From a bacterium (GTDB lineage Bacteria; Vulcanimicrobiota; Vulcanimicrobiia; Vulcanimicrobiales; Vulcanimicrobiaceae): DNA of 64,000 nucleotides. How positions within the stretch are numbered: position 1 is the stretch's first letter; every line of letters starts with the position of its first letter. Shown here one piece after another: positions 17,852 through 29,888 of this stretch. The translations under genes and the position numbers were made by a program. Location: contig JAJYFL010000004.1 in the NCBI GenBank assembly GCA_021790935.1, forward strand, positions 91,142-155,141. Direction: 5' to 3'. The notes below the pieces were generated by a model. The model was not told the DNA's origin and did no database searches. It saw only the letters and a list, made by a program, of their open reading frames with translations.

Positions 17852-18997
17852 TCAACTCCCGGCCAGAACGGTCTTCTCCTCGGCGAGCAGCCTCGAGTAG
17901 AGCGCGACCACCCGAGCCGTCTGCTCGTCGATCGAAAAGCGCGCCGCCTGGCGGCGGGCACGCTCGGCGTAGCCGGTAGAGTCGGCCGGAAGACTCCGCA
18001 TCGCTTCGGCAAACGCGGCAGCTTCGGCAGGCACCACGCGCCCCGCGTCCCCCAAGACCTCTCGGTTCTGCCCGGCATCCGCAGCGATGACGAACGCCCC
18101 CGCAGCCATGGCCTCTGCCAAAACGAGCCCTTGCGTCTCGCTGACGCTGGGGAAAACGAAGACGTCGGCGCTCGCGTAGAGATCGGGCAGGCGATCGCGG
18201 TCGATCGCGCCCAGGAAGTGGGTGCGGTCTTGGATATGAAGGAGCCGGGCGCGTTCCTCGAACGCTTCGCGGTCCGGACCGTCGCCGGCAACGACCAAGT
18301 GCAGAGCTGGGTCGCCGCCGCATGCCAGCGCCTCGAGCAGCAAGGAGACGTTCTTTTCGCGCGCGAGCCGCGAGACGAACAGCGCCATGCGCTGGCCGGC
18401 CCCCACGCCGGCCTCGCGCCGCACCGATTCGCGGCGGGTTCCGGCGCCGAAACGGCGCAAGTCGATGCCGCTGTGCACGACCTCGACGCATGCGGTAACC
18501 CCGACTTCAAGCAGCCGGTCGCGCATGGCCGTCGTAGGAACGATGACGGCATCGGCGTGATTGGCGAAGTTGCGCGTGAGCCGGGTCGCCGCGCGGCGGG
18601 TCGCGTGCGGTTCGAACGGAATGTAGTGGGCGTACGCCTCGAGCCGCGTATGATACGTGTAGACGAGCGGAATCCCGAAGCGGCGCGCATAGTGAACGGC
18701 CATCCAGCCGGTGACGAACGGCGAATGTGCGTGTATCACGTCCAAGCGCTTGATGACGCGGTTGAGGTTGCGGCGGCTGACCAGGGGCAACGTCAGCCGG
18801 TAGGGCGTCGAAGTCGGCAGCGGCAGCGACGGCATGCGGAAGACGGGCCCGTCGGTTTCGCCGTAGCCGGGAGCCCGCGGCGCGAACAAATACACCTCGT
18901 GGCCGCGCCCCCGCAGCCCTTCGGCCAGGCCGTCGACCGAGGCCACGATCCCATTGACGATCGGGCGGTAACATTCCGTGAAAAAGCCGATCCGCAT
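17852..18997 (-). CDS. Glycosyltransferase family 4
   Basis: GT-B fold with a C-terminal EGFGLVLLEAMA-like motif (ETQGLVLAEAMAAGAFVIA). Confidence 0.85.
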   Translation of the reverse strand: MRIGFFTECYRPIVNGIVASVDGLAEGLRGRGHEVYLFAPRAPGYGETDGPVFRMPSLPLPTSTPYRLTLPLVSRRNLNRVIKRLDVIHAHSPFVTGWMAVHYARRFGIPLVYTYHTRLEAYAHYIPFEPHATRRAATRLTRNFANHADAVIVPTTAMRDRLLEVGVTACVEVVHSGIDLRRFGAGTRRESVRREAGVGAGQRMALFVSRLAREKNVSLLLEALACGGDPALHLVVAGDGPDREAFEERARLLHIQDRTHFLGAIDRDRLPDLYASADVFVFPSVSETQGLVLAEAMAAGAFVIAADAGQNREVLGDAGRVVPAEAAAFAEAMRSLPADSTGYAERARRQAARFSIDEQTARVVALYSRLLAEEKTVLAGS

Positions 18998-19109
18998 ATC
19001 TTCTCCTGCGAAGGTTCACCGGGCTTCGGAACGCGCCTGCGCTGGCGCCCTCATATGACTTTTGGCATATTCCCATCTTCCGCGGATCGTGGTATAGTGC
19101 CCGGGTTAG

Positions 19110-19298
19110 TCAATGGCCGGGCGATCGAGGTCGCCTGGCAGTAACCACCTCGACTGCGCGAAGGACTCTCCGGAGCCGGCGCCGTCCAGGGTTCACGGCA
19201 CCAACGCTCGCTGGTTGAAAGTGCTTCCACAGGCTCGAGACGAGCCTGGGCTAAGCCGTTGCCACCTCGTTGTGGTGCCCCTCAGGAAAGGAGTCGCG
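19110..19298 (+). promoter_or_regulatory. Long structured 5' leader; candidate riboswitch or cis-regulatory RNA (possibly c-di-AMP/ydaO class)
   Basis: A ~190-nt noncoding region lies upstream of the G5/3D gene. It contains alternative pairings: UCGAGGU can pair with either ACCACCUCGA or CCACCUCG, and there is a CUCCGGAG palindrome. A GGAAAGGAG SD precedes the TTG start. The class assignment is not verified. Confidence 0.3.
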
Positions 19299-20168
19299 TT
19301 GATCGGACGCGCCCCATCGAAGGCGACCCGCGTGCTCGCCCTCAGCGTTCTCTCCGTCGGGCTGGCAGCCACGAGTTTCGCCGCCCAAGCGTCCGCCCGC
19401 GCGGCCGTTATGGCCGTGAGCGGCCCGGCAGTGCCGGTTACCGTCGTGACCGCTACCAAATCGATACGCGTCACGAGCTCTGCGCCCGACGTCGGAGCCC
19501 TGCTCGAAGAGGAAGGCATCCGGCTCGGCCGGTACGACCAGGTACGGCCGTCGCTCGCCGATCCCGTCGTTGCAAACGGCGTCGTGCGAGTCATCCGCAT
19601 AACGAAATGGGTCGCGATTCGTCGGCGCACCATCGCTCCGCCCGTTATCCGGCGCATCGATTTCGCGCTGCCGCCCGGCAAGACGAAGATCCTCGCACGC
19701 GGAGTCTCGGGCGAGCGCCAAGTCGAGATACGCTATAGCGAACGCGACTTCGAGAAGATTCACGCGCGCGTCGTAACGCAGCGCGTGATTCGGCAGCCGA
19801 AGGCACGGATCGTCGACGAGGGCGTCGGAGAGTATGCGGCGCTCGAATATTTCGCCAAGCGCGGTATGCAGAAGATGTCCTACGTCGCCGGCAGTGCGAT
19901 GAGGATGGTCGCGACGGCGTACACCGCACATTGTTACGGCTGCAGCGGCATCACCGCGAGCGGTTATCCGGCCGGCCACGGGATCGTCGCCGTCGATCCG
20001 CGCGTGATTCCGCTGGGCACGAGGCTCTACATCCCGGGTTACGGCCCCGCCATCGCCGGCGACACCGGCGGAGCGATTCTCGGCAATCGCATCGATCTTG
20101 GATTCAATTCATTGCACGACGCAGTTGAATTCGGCCGCCGCGTCATCACGGTGTACCGCCTCAAATAG
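19299..20168 (+). CDS. G5/3D domain cell-wall-associated protein (YabE/Rpf-like)
   Basis: C-terminal 3D domain (YTAHCYGCSGITASG...VDPRVIPLGTRLYIPGYG). The TTG start is preceded by GGAAAGGAG, and an N-terminal signal/TM segment is present. Confidence 0.75.
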   Translation: MIGRAPSKATRVLALSVLSVGLAATSFAAQASARAAVMAVSGPAVPVTVVTATKSIRVTSSAPDVGALLEEEGIRLGRYDQVRPSLADPVVANGVVRVIRITKWVAIRRRTIAPPVIRRIDFALPPGKTKILARGVSGERQVEIRYSERDFEKIHARVVTQRVIRQPKARIVDEGVGEYAALEYFAKRGMQKMSYVAGSAMRMVATAYTAHCYGCSGITASGYPAGHGIVAVDPRVIPLGTRLYIPGYGPAIAGDTGGAILGNRIDLGFNSLHDAVEFGRRVITVYRLK

Positions 20169-20236
20169 AACACCCGCGCGCGCTGCTCGACCGGTACGGC
20201 TACAAACCCAAGAAACGCCTCGGGCAAAACTTCCTC

Positions 20237-21001
20237 GTGGATGCCGGCTCGGCGGCGCGCATCGCGCGGCTGGCCGTGCCGCACGCGGATGCGGACGTGC
20301 CGGCGGTGCGCGTATTGGAGATAGGTGCGGGAACGGGGCAGCTCACCCGCGCGCTCCTCGCGCTCGGAGCCCCAACGTTCGCCATCGAGATCGACGCCGA
20401 GATGGTGCGCGTGTTGCGCGACGACCCACAGCTGCGCGCAGCGGCGCTCCTGCAGGCGGACGCAATGGCGTTCGACTACGCGGCCTTTGCGGCCAGCGGC
20501 CCGTGGATCGCCGCCGGCAACCTCCCCTACAACGTCGCAACGCCGCTGATCGTGCGGCTGGTCGAGATGCGCGAGGGACCGCAACTATTGGTCGTCACGA
20601 TTCAAAAAGACGTCGCAGACCGCCTGGCCGCGCGGCCCGGTACGAAGGCGTACGGCAGTTTAAGCGTTGCAGTGCAGTATGCGATGGAGGTGGAGCGTGC
20701 ATTCTCGCTCGGCCCTGGCGCATTCTACCCGCGGCCGAAGGTGGATTCTACCGTCGTGCTCCTGCGCCGCCGCGATCGCCCGGCCGCAGCGGTGAGAGAC
20801 GAAGCGTGGTTCCGGCAGGTCGTCCGCGCCGCCTTCGCGTACCGCCGCAAGACGCTGGCCAACAGCCTTTCGCTGGCTCTGACCGTGCCGCGGGCGGCGG
20901 TTGCAGGCGCATTGCAGTCGCTCGACATCGATCCGGAGATTCGTGGAGAACAGCTCGACATCGCAGATCTCGCCCGATTGGCCGACGCGTTGGGAACCTG
21001 A
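20237..21001 (+). CDS. rsmA: 16S rRNA (adenine1518/1519-N6)-dimethyltransferase RsmA/KsgA
   Basis: SAM motif VLEIGAGTGQLT and the NLPYN catalytic motif are present. The conserved N-terminal KRLGQNFL motif is encoded in frame immediately upstream of the annotated GTG, with no canonical start before it (see findings). Confidence 0.85.
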   Translation: MDAGSAARIARLAVPHADADVPAVRVLEIGAGTGQLTRALLALGAPTFAIEIDAEMVRVLRDDPQLRAAALLQADAMAFDYAAFAASGPWIAAGNLPYNVATPLIVRLVEMREGPQLLVVTIQKDVADRLAARPGTKAYGSLSVAVQYAMEVERAFSLGPGAFYPRPKVDSTVVLLRRRDRPAAAVRDEAWFRQVVRAAFAYRRKTLANSLSLALTVPRAAVAGALQSLDIDPEIRGEQLDIADLARLADALGT

Positions 21002-21044
21002 CGCTTTCGCGTTTTGGCCGACGCTGCTCGCGGCGCTCGGCATC

Positions 21045-21719
21045 GTGCTGGTCGTCGTGGCGGTTGCGGCCCTCATCGCCGTCGTCCTGGGCATCTACGC
21101 CGCGTTGCGGCATCTCCCGAAGGCCGCATTGCAGCACCTGCCGGTATCCGCGCAACTCGATCTCATGGGCGTGCTCGATCTTTCCGTCGCGCTCTATCTG
21201 GCGCTCCTCCTCCCGGTGGTTGCAAAAGCGCCGCTGCGAGCTCTCGGCTTCCGCCTGCCGACCCTCCGAGATGCGGGCATCGCGCTCCTCGGAGCGATTG
21301 CGATGCTCGTCGTCGTCAACGGCCTAGCGACGCTCATCGAGTCCGCCCTGCACGTGAAGCACGAGCAAGAGGTCGTGCGCATGTTCGCAGGCATACGAAC
21401 GCCGCTGCAGCGCTGGCTGGTAACGCTCTTCGCCGTCGTCATCGGACCGATCGGCGAGGAGTTCGTTTTCCGTATCTTTGCCTTCAATGCGCTCAGGCGG
21501 CATTGGGGCTTTTGGGGCGGTGCCGTAACGAGCGGCCTTCTGTTCGGGCTCGCGCATGCCGATCCATACGCCTTTCTGCCGCTCGCGATCGGCGGGATGA
21601 TTCTGTGCGGCGTCTACTATCTCTCGCGCAATGCCTGGGCATCGATGCTGACGCACGCGCTCTTCAACAGCGCCACCGTTGCAGCCATCTTTCTAGCCCC
21701 GCATCTCTTGCAAAAGTGA
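21045..21719 (+). CDS. CPBP family intramembrane metalloprotease (CAAX protease/Abi)
   Basis: EEFVFR and FGLAH motifs on a polytopic membrane protein. The start is placed at GTG (Val49 of the track ORF), after rsmA. Confidence 0.7.
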   Translation: MLVVVAVAALIAVVLGIYAALRHLPKAALQHLPVSAQLDLMGVLDLSVALYLALLLPVVAKAPLRALGFRLPTLRDAGIALLGAIAMLVVVNGLATLIESALHVKHEQEVVRMFAGIRTPLQRWLVTLFAVVIGPIGEEFVFRIFAFNALRRHWGFWGGAVTSGLLFGLAHADPYAFLPLAIGGMILCGVYYLSRNAWASMLTHALFNSATVAAIFLAPHLLQK

Positions 21720-21732
21720 ACGGGGCGGCGTA

Positions 21733-22752
21733 GTGCGGTTGGGGGTCGATGCGCTCAATCTCGTCGCCGACCGGCGCGGCATGGGACGCTTCGCCCGCAC
21801 GGTGCTTGACGGCCTTCAATCCGCTCCCGACATCGAGGTCACGCTGCTGGTGCGCGACCCCGCCCACGCCGAACTCTTGCGCGCAGAGTTCCCCTTCGAG
21901 ATACGCACGCTGCTCGAACTACGTGCCGCGCGCCTGCATTGCACGTGGTATCCGTGGAACGGCGTCCGCTTCGACGCGCGCTCCTCAAAGATCGTTACGA
22001 TGCACGACGCCTTCGCCTTCACGCATCCGCATCCAAATCTGGTCGCGCGCTGGCGAGAGCAGCTTCCCATTCGGCGCGCCCTGCGCGCGGCGAACGTACT
22101 GACGACCGTTTCGCGCTGGTCGGCTCGCGAGATCGCGCGCATCGTCTCCGTCGACGAGGCGCTCTTTACCATCGTCAACCCCGTTCCCGACGCATTTTGG
22201 CGGCCGGTACCGTCGGCGCGCGCGGCCAAGCCCTACATCCTGGTCGTCGGCGGCCCCGACCGCCGCAAGAATCTGCCGCTGTTCTTTGGCGCATTCGAGC
22301 GCGCGTTTCCGGACGGCGACGTGACGCTCGTGGTCGCCGGAACGTTGAGCGCCGAAGACGAAACGGCGCTGCGGGCTGCGCGCCTCGTCTACGAACGCGT
22401 GCGCCCGGACGACGAAGGGCTGCGCGAACTGTACGGCGGCTCGCTCGCGGTCGCCGTACCCTCTCTGTACGAAGGCTATGGCTTGATGTGCGTCGAGGCG
22501 ATGGCGTGCGGTGCCGCGGTCGTCGCAGCCGATTCGGCCGCGTTGCCCGAAGCCTGCGACGGCGCGGCGCTCTTGGTCGCTCCCATCGATATGCAGGCCT
22601 GGAGCGCGGCGCTGCGCCGCATCGCCGAAGACGACGCGTTGCGAACGGCGTTGCGGACGCAATCGCTCGCGCGCTCCGAGCGCATCGACAGAGCCGCCCC
22701 AGCGCGCATCATCGCCGCGCTCGCTCGACGATGCTCCGCAGCCGTTCGATGA
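21733..22752 (+). CDS. Glycosyltransferase family 4
   Basis: GT-B C-terminal motif (EGYGLMCVEAMACGAAVV). Confidence 0.8.
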   Translation: MRLGVDALNLVADRRGMGRFARTVLDGLQSAPDIEVTLLVRDPAHAELLRAEFPFEIRTLLELRAARLHCTWYPWNGVRFDARSSKIVTMHDAFAFTHPHPNLVARWREQLPIRRALRAANVLTTVSRWSAREIARIVSVDEALFTIVNPVPDAFWRPVPSARAAKPYILVVGGPDRRKNLPLFFGAFERAFPDGDVTLVVAGTLSAEDETALRAARLVYERVRPDDEGLRELYGGSLAVAVPSLYEGYGLMCVEAMACGAAVVAADSAALPEACDGAALLVAPIDMQAWSAALRRIAEDDALRTALRTQSLARSERIDRAAPARIIAALARRCSAAVR

Positions 22753-23782
22753 AACGCTCGGGAGCGAACGCCTCGGCATGCGCGCGCAGCCGCCTCGCGT
22801 CGTAACGCGAAGCGTCGAAACGGCGCAGCGCCTCCGCTAGCGACTGCGCGTTGGGTTCGTCGAAATACTCGCCGGTGACGCCCTCCACGATGGTCTCGAG
22901 CGCGCCGCCGGCACGATATGCGACCGTAGGCCGCCCGGTCGCGGCCGCCTCGACCGGAACCAGACCGAAATCTTCCTCGCCCGGCAAGATCGCGGCGCGG
23001 GCGTTGCCGATGAGGGCGTCGAGGCGCCGGTCGTCTACGTAACCAAGCATCGTCGTCGTCGTACCGCGCGCCAACTGCCGTAGCCTCCCCTCCGCGGGTC
23101 CGCATCCGGCAACGAAAAGGGGGACGTTCGCAATCTGCGCGGCCCGAATCGCAAGATCGATGCGCTTGTACGGCAAGAGCCTCGAGGCAACGACGAAATA
23201 CCCGCCGGCACCCGGACCGGCCGTGAAGCGGGCTACGTCCACCGGGCAATGCAGTACCTCGGCATCGCGGCCGTAATACCGGCGAATGCGCTCGGCGACG
23301 TTGGCCGAGTTAGCGACCAAGAGCGTCGGGCGCTGCGCCGCGCGCAGGTCCCACGCGACCAGTCCGCGCACGAACGGGCGCGCGAGCGCCCGGGCACCGA
23401 AACCCCCGACGTAACGGTCGTAGGCGAACGTGAAGCGGCTGACGGTATTGATGTAACAGACGTGCACGGCGCCGGGTGGTACGCGGATGCCCTTGGCCCA
23501 GGCCGTCGTCGAACTCACGATCGTATCGTAGGCCGAAAAGTCGAATGACTCGAAGACGCGCGGATAGAGCGGGGCGAGATAACGGAAATAGCGATTCACG
23601 CCGGGTAGCCGCGCCAGCGCCGATGCGCGCACCCTTGCGGGGTCGACCAGATCGCCGGTCGCTTTGGGGTCGAAGAGCGCCGTATAGACCGGGGCCTCCG
23701 GGTAGGCGCGTGCGATGTGCGCGAAGACGCGCTCGGCCCCACCGCGCTGGTTCAGATAGTCGTGAACGAGCGCGACCGCCAT
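22709..23782 (-). CDS. Glycosyltransferase family 4
   Basis: GT-B fold with EDFGLVPVEAAATGRPTV. Confidence 0.8.
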   Translation of the reverse strand: MAVALVHDYLNQRGGAERVFAHIARAYPEAPVYTALFDPKATGDLVDPARVRASALARLPGVNRYFRYLAPLYPRVFESFDFSAYDTIVSSTTAWAKGIRVPPGAVHVCYINTVSRFTFAYDRYVGGFGARALARPFVRGLVAWDLRAAQRPTLLVANSANVAERIRRYYGRDAEVLHCPVDVARFTAGPGAGGYFVVASRLLPYKRIDLAIRAAQIANVPLFVAGCGPAEGRLRQLARGTTTTMLGYVDDRRLDALIGNARAAILPGEEDFGLVPVEAAATGRPTVAYRAGGALETIVEGVTGEYFDEPNAQSLAEALRRFDASRYDARRLRAHAEAFAPERFIERLRSIVERARR

Positions 23783-23797
23783 CGAAACGGGAGGCGG

Positions 23798-25132
23798 TCA
23801 GATGCCGTGCGGTACGGCCGCGCGCGGCAGGATCACTGCCACCGTCGGCGATCCGAGGTAGCGATGTGCGACGCGCTGCAGATCGGCGGGCGTTACCACT
23901 TCGATGGCGGCGACGGCGCGATTGAGGTAATCGGGCGAACCGTGCTGCAACGCAAAGACGCCGGCCAACCACGCGCGATCCTCCAGCGTGACCGCGCCGT
24001 TGATGAAGTCACCCTCGGCCATCGACTTTAGGTCTGCGATGCGCCCATGCAACTTCGTATGCCCGAGCAGATCCACGACGGAGAGCGCGGTCGAGAACGT
24101 ACGCGAAGGGTGCCCGAGCCCGCCGTCGACGTAGACGATAACGTTGGCCGGCCGCGCGTCGAAGTTGTACAACGCTCCCACACCGCGCATCGCAAACGGC
24201 CGCGTCGCTATCGACGGCAGTTCCGCAACGTCGGAGAGCGTATGCCCGATGAAAGCCGTCAGGACGAGCATCGCACCGAAGTCCGGGCTGTCGGCCTGCG
24301 GAGCGCGGTACTGCGCGACCAACCACGGTACGGAGATGTTGCGCTCCGCGCGCAGCTCGCGCGTGTGCCCGGCCAGCGGCAACGTCGAAACCCGAACCGG
24401 TCGCGAGGTTCCGGGCGGTAGCGCGTCGATCACGCGCTCGAGATCGGCGAGCGCGAGCGTGCTCGTATCCCCAACCGCACTTGCGACCGCGCCGTTTCGC
24501 CGGTAATACGCGGCGTAAAACTTTCGCGCGTCGGCGGAGGTCAACCGCGCGACCGTCGCCGGCATACCGAACTCCGGCAGCCCCGCATTGGACCGGCTGT
24601 AAAAGCTGCGATCGAGCATCTCGATGCCGGCGGTCAGCGGAACGCGTTCCAGCGCTGCGAATCTGCGCTCGAGCGAGGCGCGCGCGGAGGCTAGCATAGA
24701 CTCGCCAAACTGCGGCTTCGACAATGCCGAACGAAACATCGGTAAGAGCGTGGTAGCGTAGACTTGCTTACGGCCCTCGAGGTAGAAGTGCACGTCGTGG
24801 CCGCTGACGCCGTACGCGATCGAACCGCCCGCGTCCGCTACGGCAGCGCGTAGCGGTATCGGCGCGGCGCCATCCAGCGCGACGGGAGTGCGCAGGATGG
24901 CCTCGGCCACGAGCGCCGCCACGCCGCTCTCCCGCTGCGTTTGGCGGTCCAGCCCGGCGGAGATGAAGAACTCGGTCCCCACGAGGCCGCTCGTCGGGTC
25001 GTCCTGTTCGATGATGGTCGCCGCGCCGTACGAAAAGACGCTCGGCGCCGGCACTAAAGGAGCTGCGGCCACGCGCCCACCGCACGTGAAAGCGGTCATC
25101 GCCAGCAGCGCCGCCGCAAGAATCTGTTTCAT
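23798..25132 (-). CDS. M16 (pitrilysin) family peptidase-like protein, secreted, no HxxEH motif
   Basis: Signal peptide and M16-like two-domain architecture. The inverted zinc motif is absent. Confidence 0.6.
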   Translation of the reverse strand: MKQILAAALLAMTAFTCGGRVAAAPLVPAPSVFSYGAATIIEQDDPTSGLVGTEFFISAGLDRQTQRESGVAALVAEAILRTPVALDGAAPIPLRAAVADAGGSIAYGVSGHDVHFYLEGRKQVYATTLLPMFRSALSKPQFGESMLASARASLERRFAALERVPLTAGIEMLDRSFYSRSNAGLPEFGMPATVARLTSADARKFYAAYYRRNGAVASAVGDTSTLALADLERVIDALPPGTSRPVRVSTLPLAGHTRELRAERNISVPWLVAQYRAPQADSPDFGAMLVLTAFIGHTLSDVAELPSIATRPFAMRGVGALYNFDARPANVIVYVDGGLGHPSRTFSTALSVVDLLGHTKLHGRIADLKSMAEGDFINGAVTLEDRAWLAGVFALQHGSPDYLNRAVAAIEVVTPADLQRVAHRYLGSPTVAVILPRAAVPHGI

Positions 25133-26453
25133 CGAGCTGCTTCCTGGTTCGCGGGAACGGTCAATTCGACGACCGCTGGGTGTTCTAGGTATTCGCGCAC
25201 GACCTTCGCGACGAACTGCGGGTCCAGCGACTCGACCTCTCGCAGGTAGGTGTGCGATTGGTCTCCCGGCGCGTAGGGGCCGTCGCCCTCAGCCGTATAC
25301 CAGCCAAAGTTATCGGCCTGACTCGTAGGCGTCTGGGCGTTGCGCAAAATGCGGTACTCGAAGGCGTTGCGGGCTGCGGCGAACTTCGCCGCCGGCAACG
25401 GATGCCGCAACGCCGCAACGGCTTCGATTAATTCCGTTTTGACGGCGCCGTAATGCGATCCGGATACGGTCACGAGCAGAACGCCCGGCGCGTGCAGCGT
25501 GATGAACTGCCCGTCTACGAAGATCTCGGAAGGCTGCGCGCCGGCCGTCTTCGCAACGATTCCGTCCTCTTGATTGAACAGATAATCCGCCACGAAATCG
25601 AGCGCCGTCGCCTCACGCGCGTCGCCGATCGGCGGTCCCAGCCAGCCGAAGCCGATGCCCGGAACCGGAGCCGTCTGCAGCAGCGGCTTCACCGCCGTCG
25701 CCGGCTGCGAATCGAACGGCTGGTCCATCGGCGGCCCGCTGCGGCCCGCCGCCACCGCCGTTAGGAGCGACGAGTCGACGTTTCCAGCGAGCGTGAGAAT
25801 CTCATTTTGCGGGCGAAATGCACGTTCGGCAAACGTGCGAACCTGCGCGAGCGAGATGTGCGCGAGAGCGGCTACGTCTCCGGGCGTCGCAGGATAGTGC
25901 GCCGGTCCGCCGGCAAAGAGCTGCGCGAACAACCTATCGCGCAGCGTGAGATCCGCATCGAAACGCCGCTCCCCGATCGAGAAGGCCGCGTCCAGCACGG
26001 CGGCGTTTAGGCCATCTTGGTCGACCGACGGCGCGGTGTACGCGGCCGTCATTGCGGCGACGACGCGCCGCGCGTCGCCGGCCGGTACGCTGGCAGCAAC
26101 CTGCACGATATCCGGAAACACGTTGACCGAAAACACGCCGCCCATGCGTTTCACGAGCTTCGATAGCGTCGTGCCGCCGGGTGCGGAAGAGGCGGCCGCG
26201 GCGTCGGCCGCAAGCCGCGATATACCGGGCGTGCGGCTATCGTAACCGGCGCCCGGAGCCCGAAACCACAGTTCCACCGCCGCATCGCCCACCGTAGGAT
26301 CGGAGCGCAGAACGAATGCGCCGCCGCCGGGCAAGGCACCCGATATCTCTACAGGTACGGGCGCGCTCCCCGCCGTGGCGGCGGCCGGCGCGAGCGCGGA
26401 GGCCGCCAGTACGATGCAAAGGCAGATCGCCGGCGCGACCCGCCACCCGGCCC

Positions 26454-26457
<4 letters not shown>
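25129..26457 (-). CDS. M16 (pitrilysin) family peptidase-like protein, secreted, no HxxEH motif
   Basis: Signal peptide and M16-like architecture. It overlaps the downstream paralog by 4 nt. Confidence 0.6.
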
Positions 26458-28373
<1,916 letters not shown>

Positions 28374-28391
28374 TATGCTTTTACGACAACC

Positions 28392-29000
28392 TTACTCTGA
28401 AAATACCCAGGACCGAAGCTGCGCGAGGTACGGCAGATTGCGGTATTTTTCTTGATAATCCAAGCCGTACCCTACGACGAACTCGTCCGGCGCAACCAGC
28501 CCGACGTATTCGATGGGCACGTCGACGCGCCGCCGGTACGGTTTGTCGAAGAGCACGCACGAGCGCAGATCGGCGGGGCTTCGCCCGCTCAGCAGCGCTT
28601 GGAGATACGAAAGCGTGAGGCCGTTGTCGACGATGTCCTCGACGATCAGGACGTTCTTGCCGCCGACGTTCTCGCTCGTGTCCTTGAGCATGCGAACCTC
28701 GCCGCTCGAGCGCGTCGAGTTGCCGTAGCTCGAAACGACCAAGAAATCCATCTCGAGGTGGCTCGGACCTCCGGGCGAGCGCGCTATCGCTCGCGCAAGG
28801 TCGGCCGCGACGTACAGCGCCCCCTTCAACACCCCGAGCAGCAGCAGAGGTTTCCCGGCATAGTCACGGGCGATCTGCCGCCCCAGCCGCTCGATCGCTT
28901 CGGCGATCTCGGCTCGGTCGAAGAGTATCCGCTCGATCGTTCCCTCGTAGGTCTGCAGCTCCGCTCCCGGCGTCGCGCGCCGCGCTGGTTCGTTCATCAC
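28392..29000 (-). CDS. hpt: Hypoxanthine-guanine phosphoribosyltransferase
   Basis: The PRPP-binding VLIVEDIVDNGLTL motif is present. It sits in the conserved tilS-hpt-ftsH order. Confidence 0.9.
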   Translation of the reverse strand: MMNEPARRATPGAELQTYEGTIERILFDRAEIAEAIERLGRQIARDYAGKPLLLLGVLKGALYVAADLARAIARSPGGPSHLEMDFLVVSSYGNSTRSSGEVRMLKDTSENVGGKNVLIVEDIVDNGLTLSYLQALLSGRSPADLRSCVLFDKPYRRRVDVPIEYVGLVAPDEFVVGYGLDYQEKYRNLPYLAQLRSWVFSE

Positions 29001-29881
29001 GCTCGGTGTACCGTCAACTCGCCCTTCTCAATCACGATATCGATCCCGTCCTTCATATAGAATCGGCCGGAACCGCCCCGCTCCAACACGCGCACGACCG
29101 CCTCTACGTGCTCGAAGTCTACGTCGCGCAATGCTTCCTGCTCGCGCAAGGCCTCCCGGACCTGCCTGCGCAGTACGGCCACCGAGCTGCCGGCCACTTC
29201 GGCCGCCGCCAGTTCCGCCGCCCGCGCTGCAGCGGCATCGAGACCTGGAAAGAGCGGCCGCAGCGTTTCGAGCGCCTGCCGAACGGCGTTTCGGCGGTAG
29301 CCAGGGTCGGCATTGGTCGGGTCCACGGCGTACGGCAAACCGGCACGCTGAACGTATCGCTGCAAGGCCGATCGCTCCGCGCGCAAGAGCGGACGAACCA
29401 GTTCGATCCCTTCGGCCAGCGAGCGCCGGGACGGCATCCCGGCGAAACCCGCGAGGCCGCTGCCCCGGAAGAGCGCCAGCAGCAGCGTCTCGGTTTGATC
29501 TTCGGCCGTTTGTGCGGTAGCTACGGCCCCGGCGCCCACATCGCGCGCCAGAGCCGCCAGCGCCGCGTAGCGCGCCTCACGCAGCGTCGCCTCGTCGGCC
29601 TTACCCGACTTCAGCGCCGCGATCCGAACCGGTACGCGCAACGCGGCTGCGACGCGCAGCACGACCGCCTCGTCTTGCCAAGCCGAACGGCGCGAGCCGT
29701 GATTGACGTGACCTAGAGCCAGCCGCAGCTCGAGCGGCTTCGCGACGGCATGCAGCACGGCCGCCAACGCCACCGAATCCGATCCCCCGCTGCAGGCGAC
29801 CAGCAGGCTCTCGCCGCGGCGGATGGTACCGCCGCGCTCGACGGCTCGTTCGAGCGCCCGCTCCGGGTGCGCGCCTCTCAT
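28997..29881 (-). CDS. tilS: tRNA(Ile)-lysidine synthetase
   Basis: PP-loop SGGSDS. The start is placed at Met14 of the track ORF to avoid overlap with the upstream gene. Confidence 0.85.
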   Translation of the reverse strand: MRGAHPERALERAVERGGTIRRGESLLVACSGGSDSVALAAVLHAVAKPLELRLALGHVNHGSRRSAWQDEAVVLRVAAALRVPVRIAALKSGKADEATLREARYAALAALARDVGAGAVATAQTAEDQTETLLLALFRGSGLAGFAGMPSRRSLAEGIELVRPLLRAERSALQRYVQRAGLPYAVDPTNADPGYRRNAVRQALETLRPLFPGLDAAAARAAELAAAEVAGSSVAVLRRQVREALREQEALRDVDFEHVEAVVRVLERGGSGRFYMKDGIDIVIEKGELTVHRA

Positions 29882-29888
29882 GGGTCGC

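Noticed and set aside
17364-19144. Many long antisense or overlapping ORFs (for example 17704-18690, 17843-19144, 5319-6641 N-terminal part, 29823-30854)
   Set aside because: They overlap better-supported genes in other frames. Their sequences are Arg/Ala/Pro-rich in the way typical of GC-rich spurious frames.
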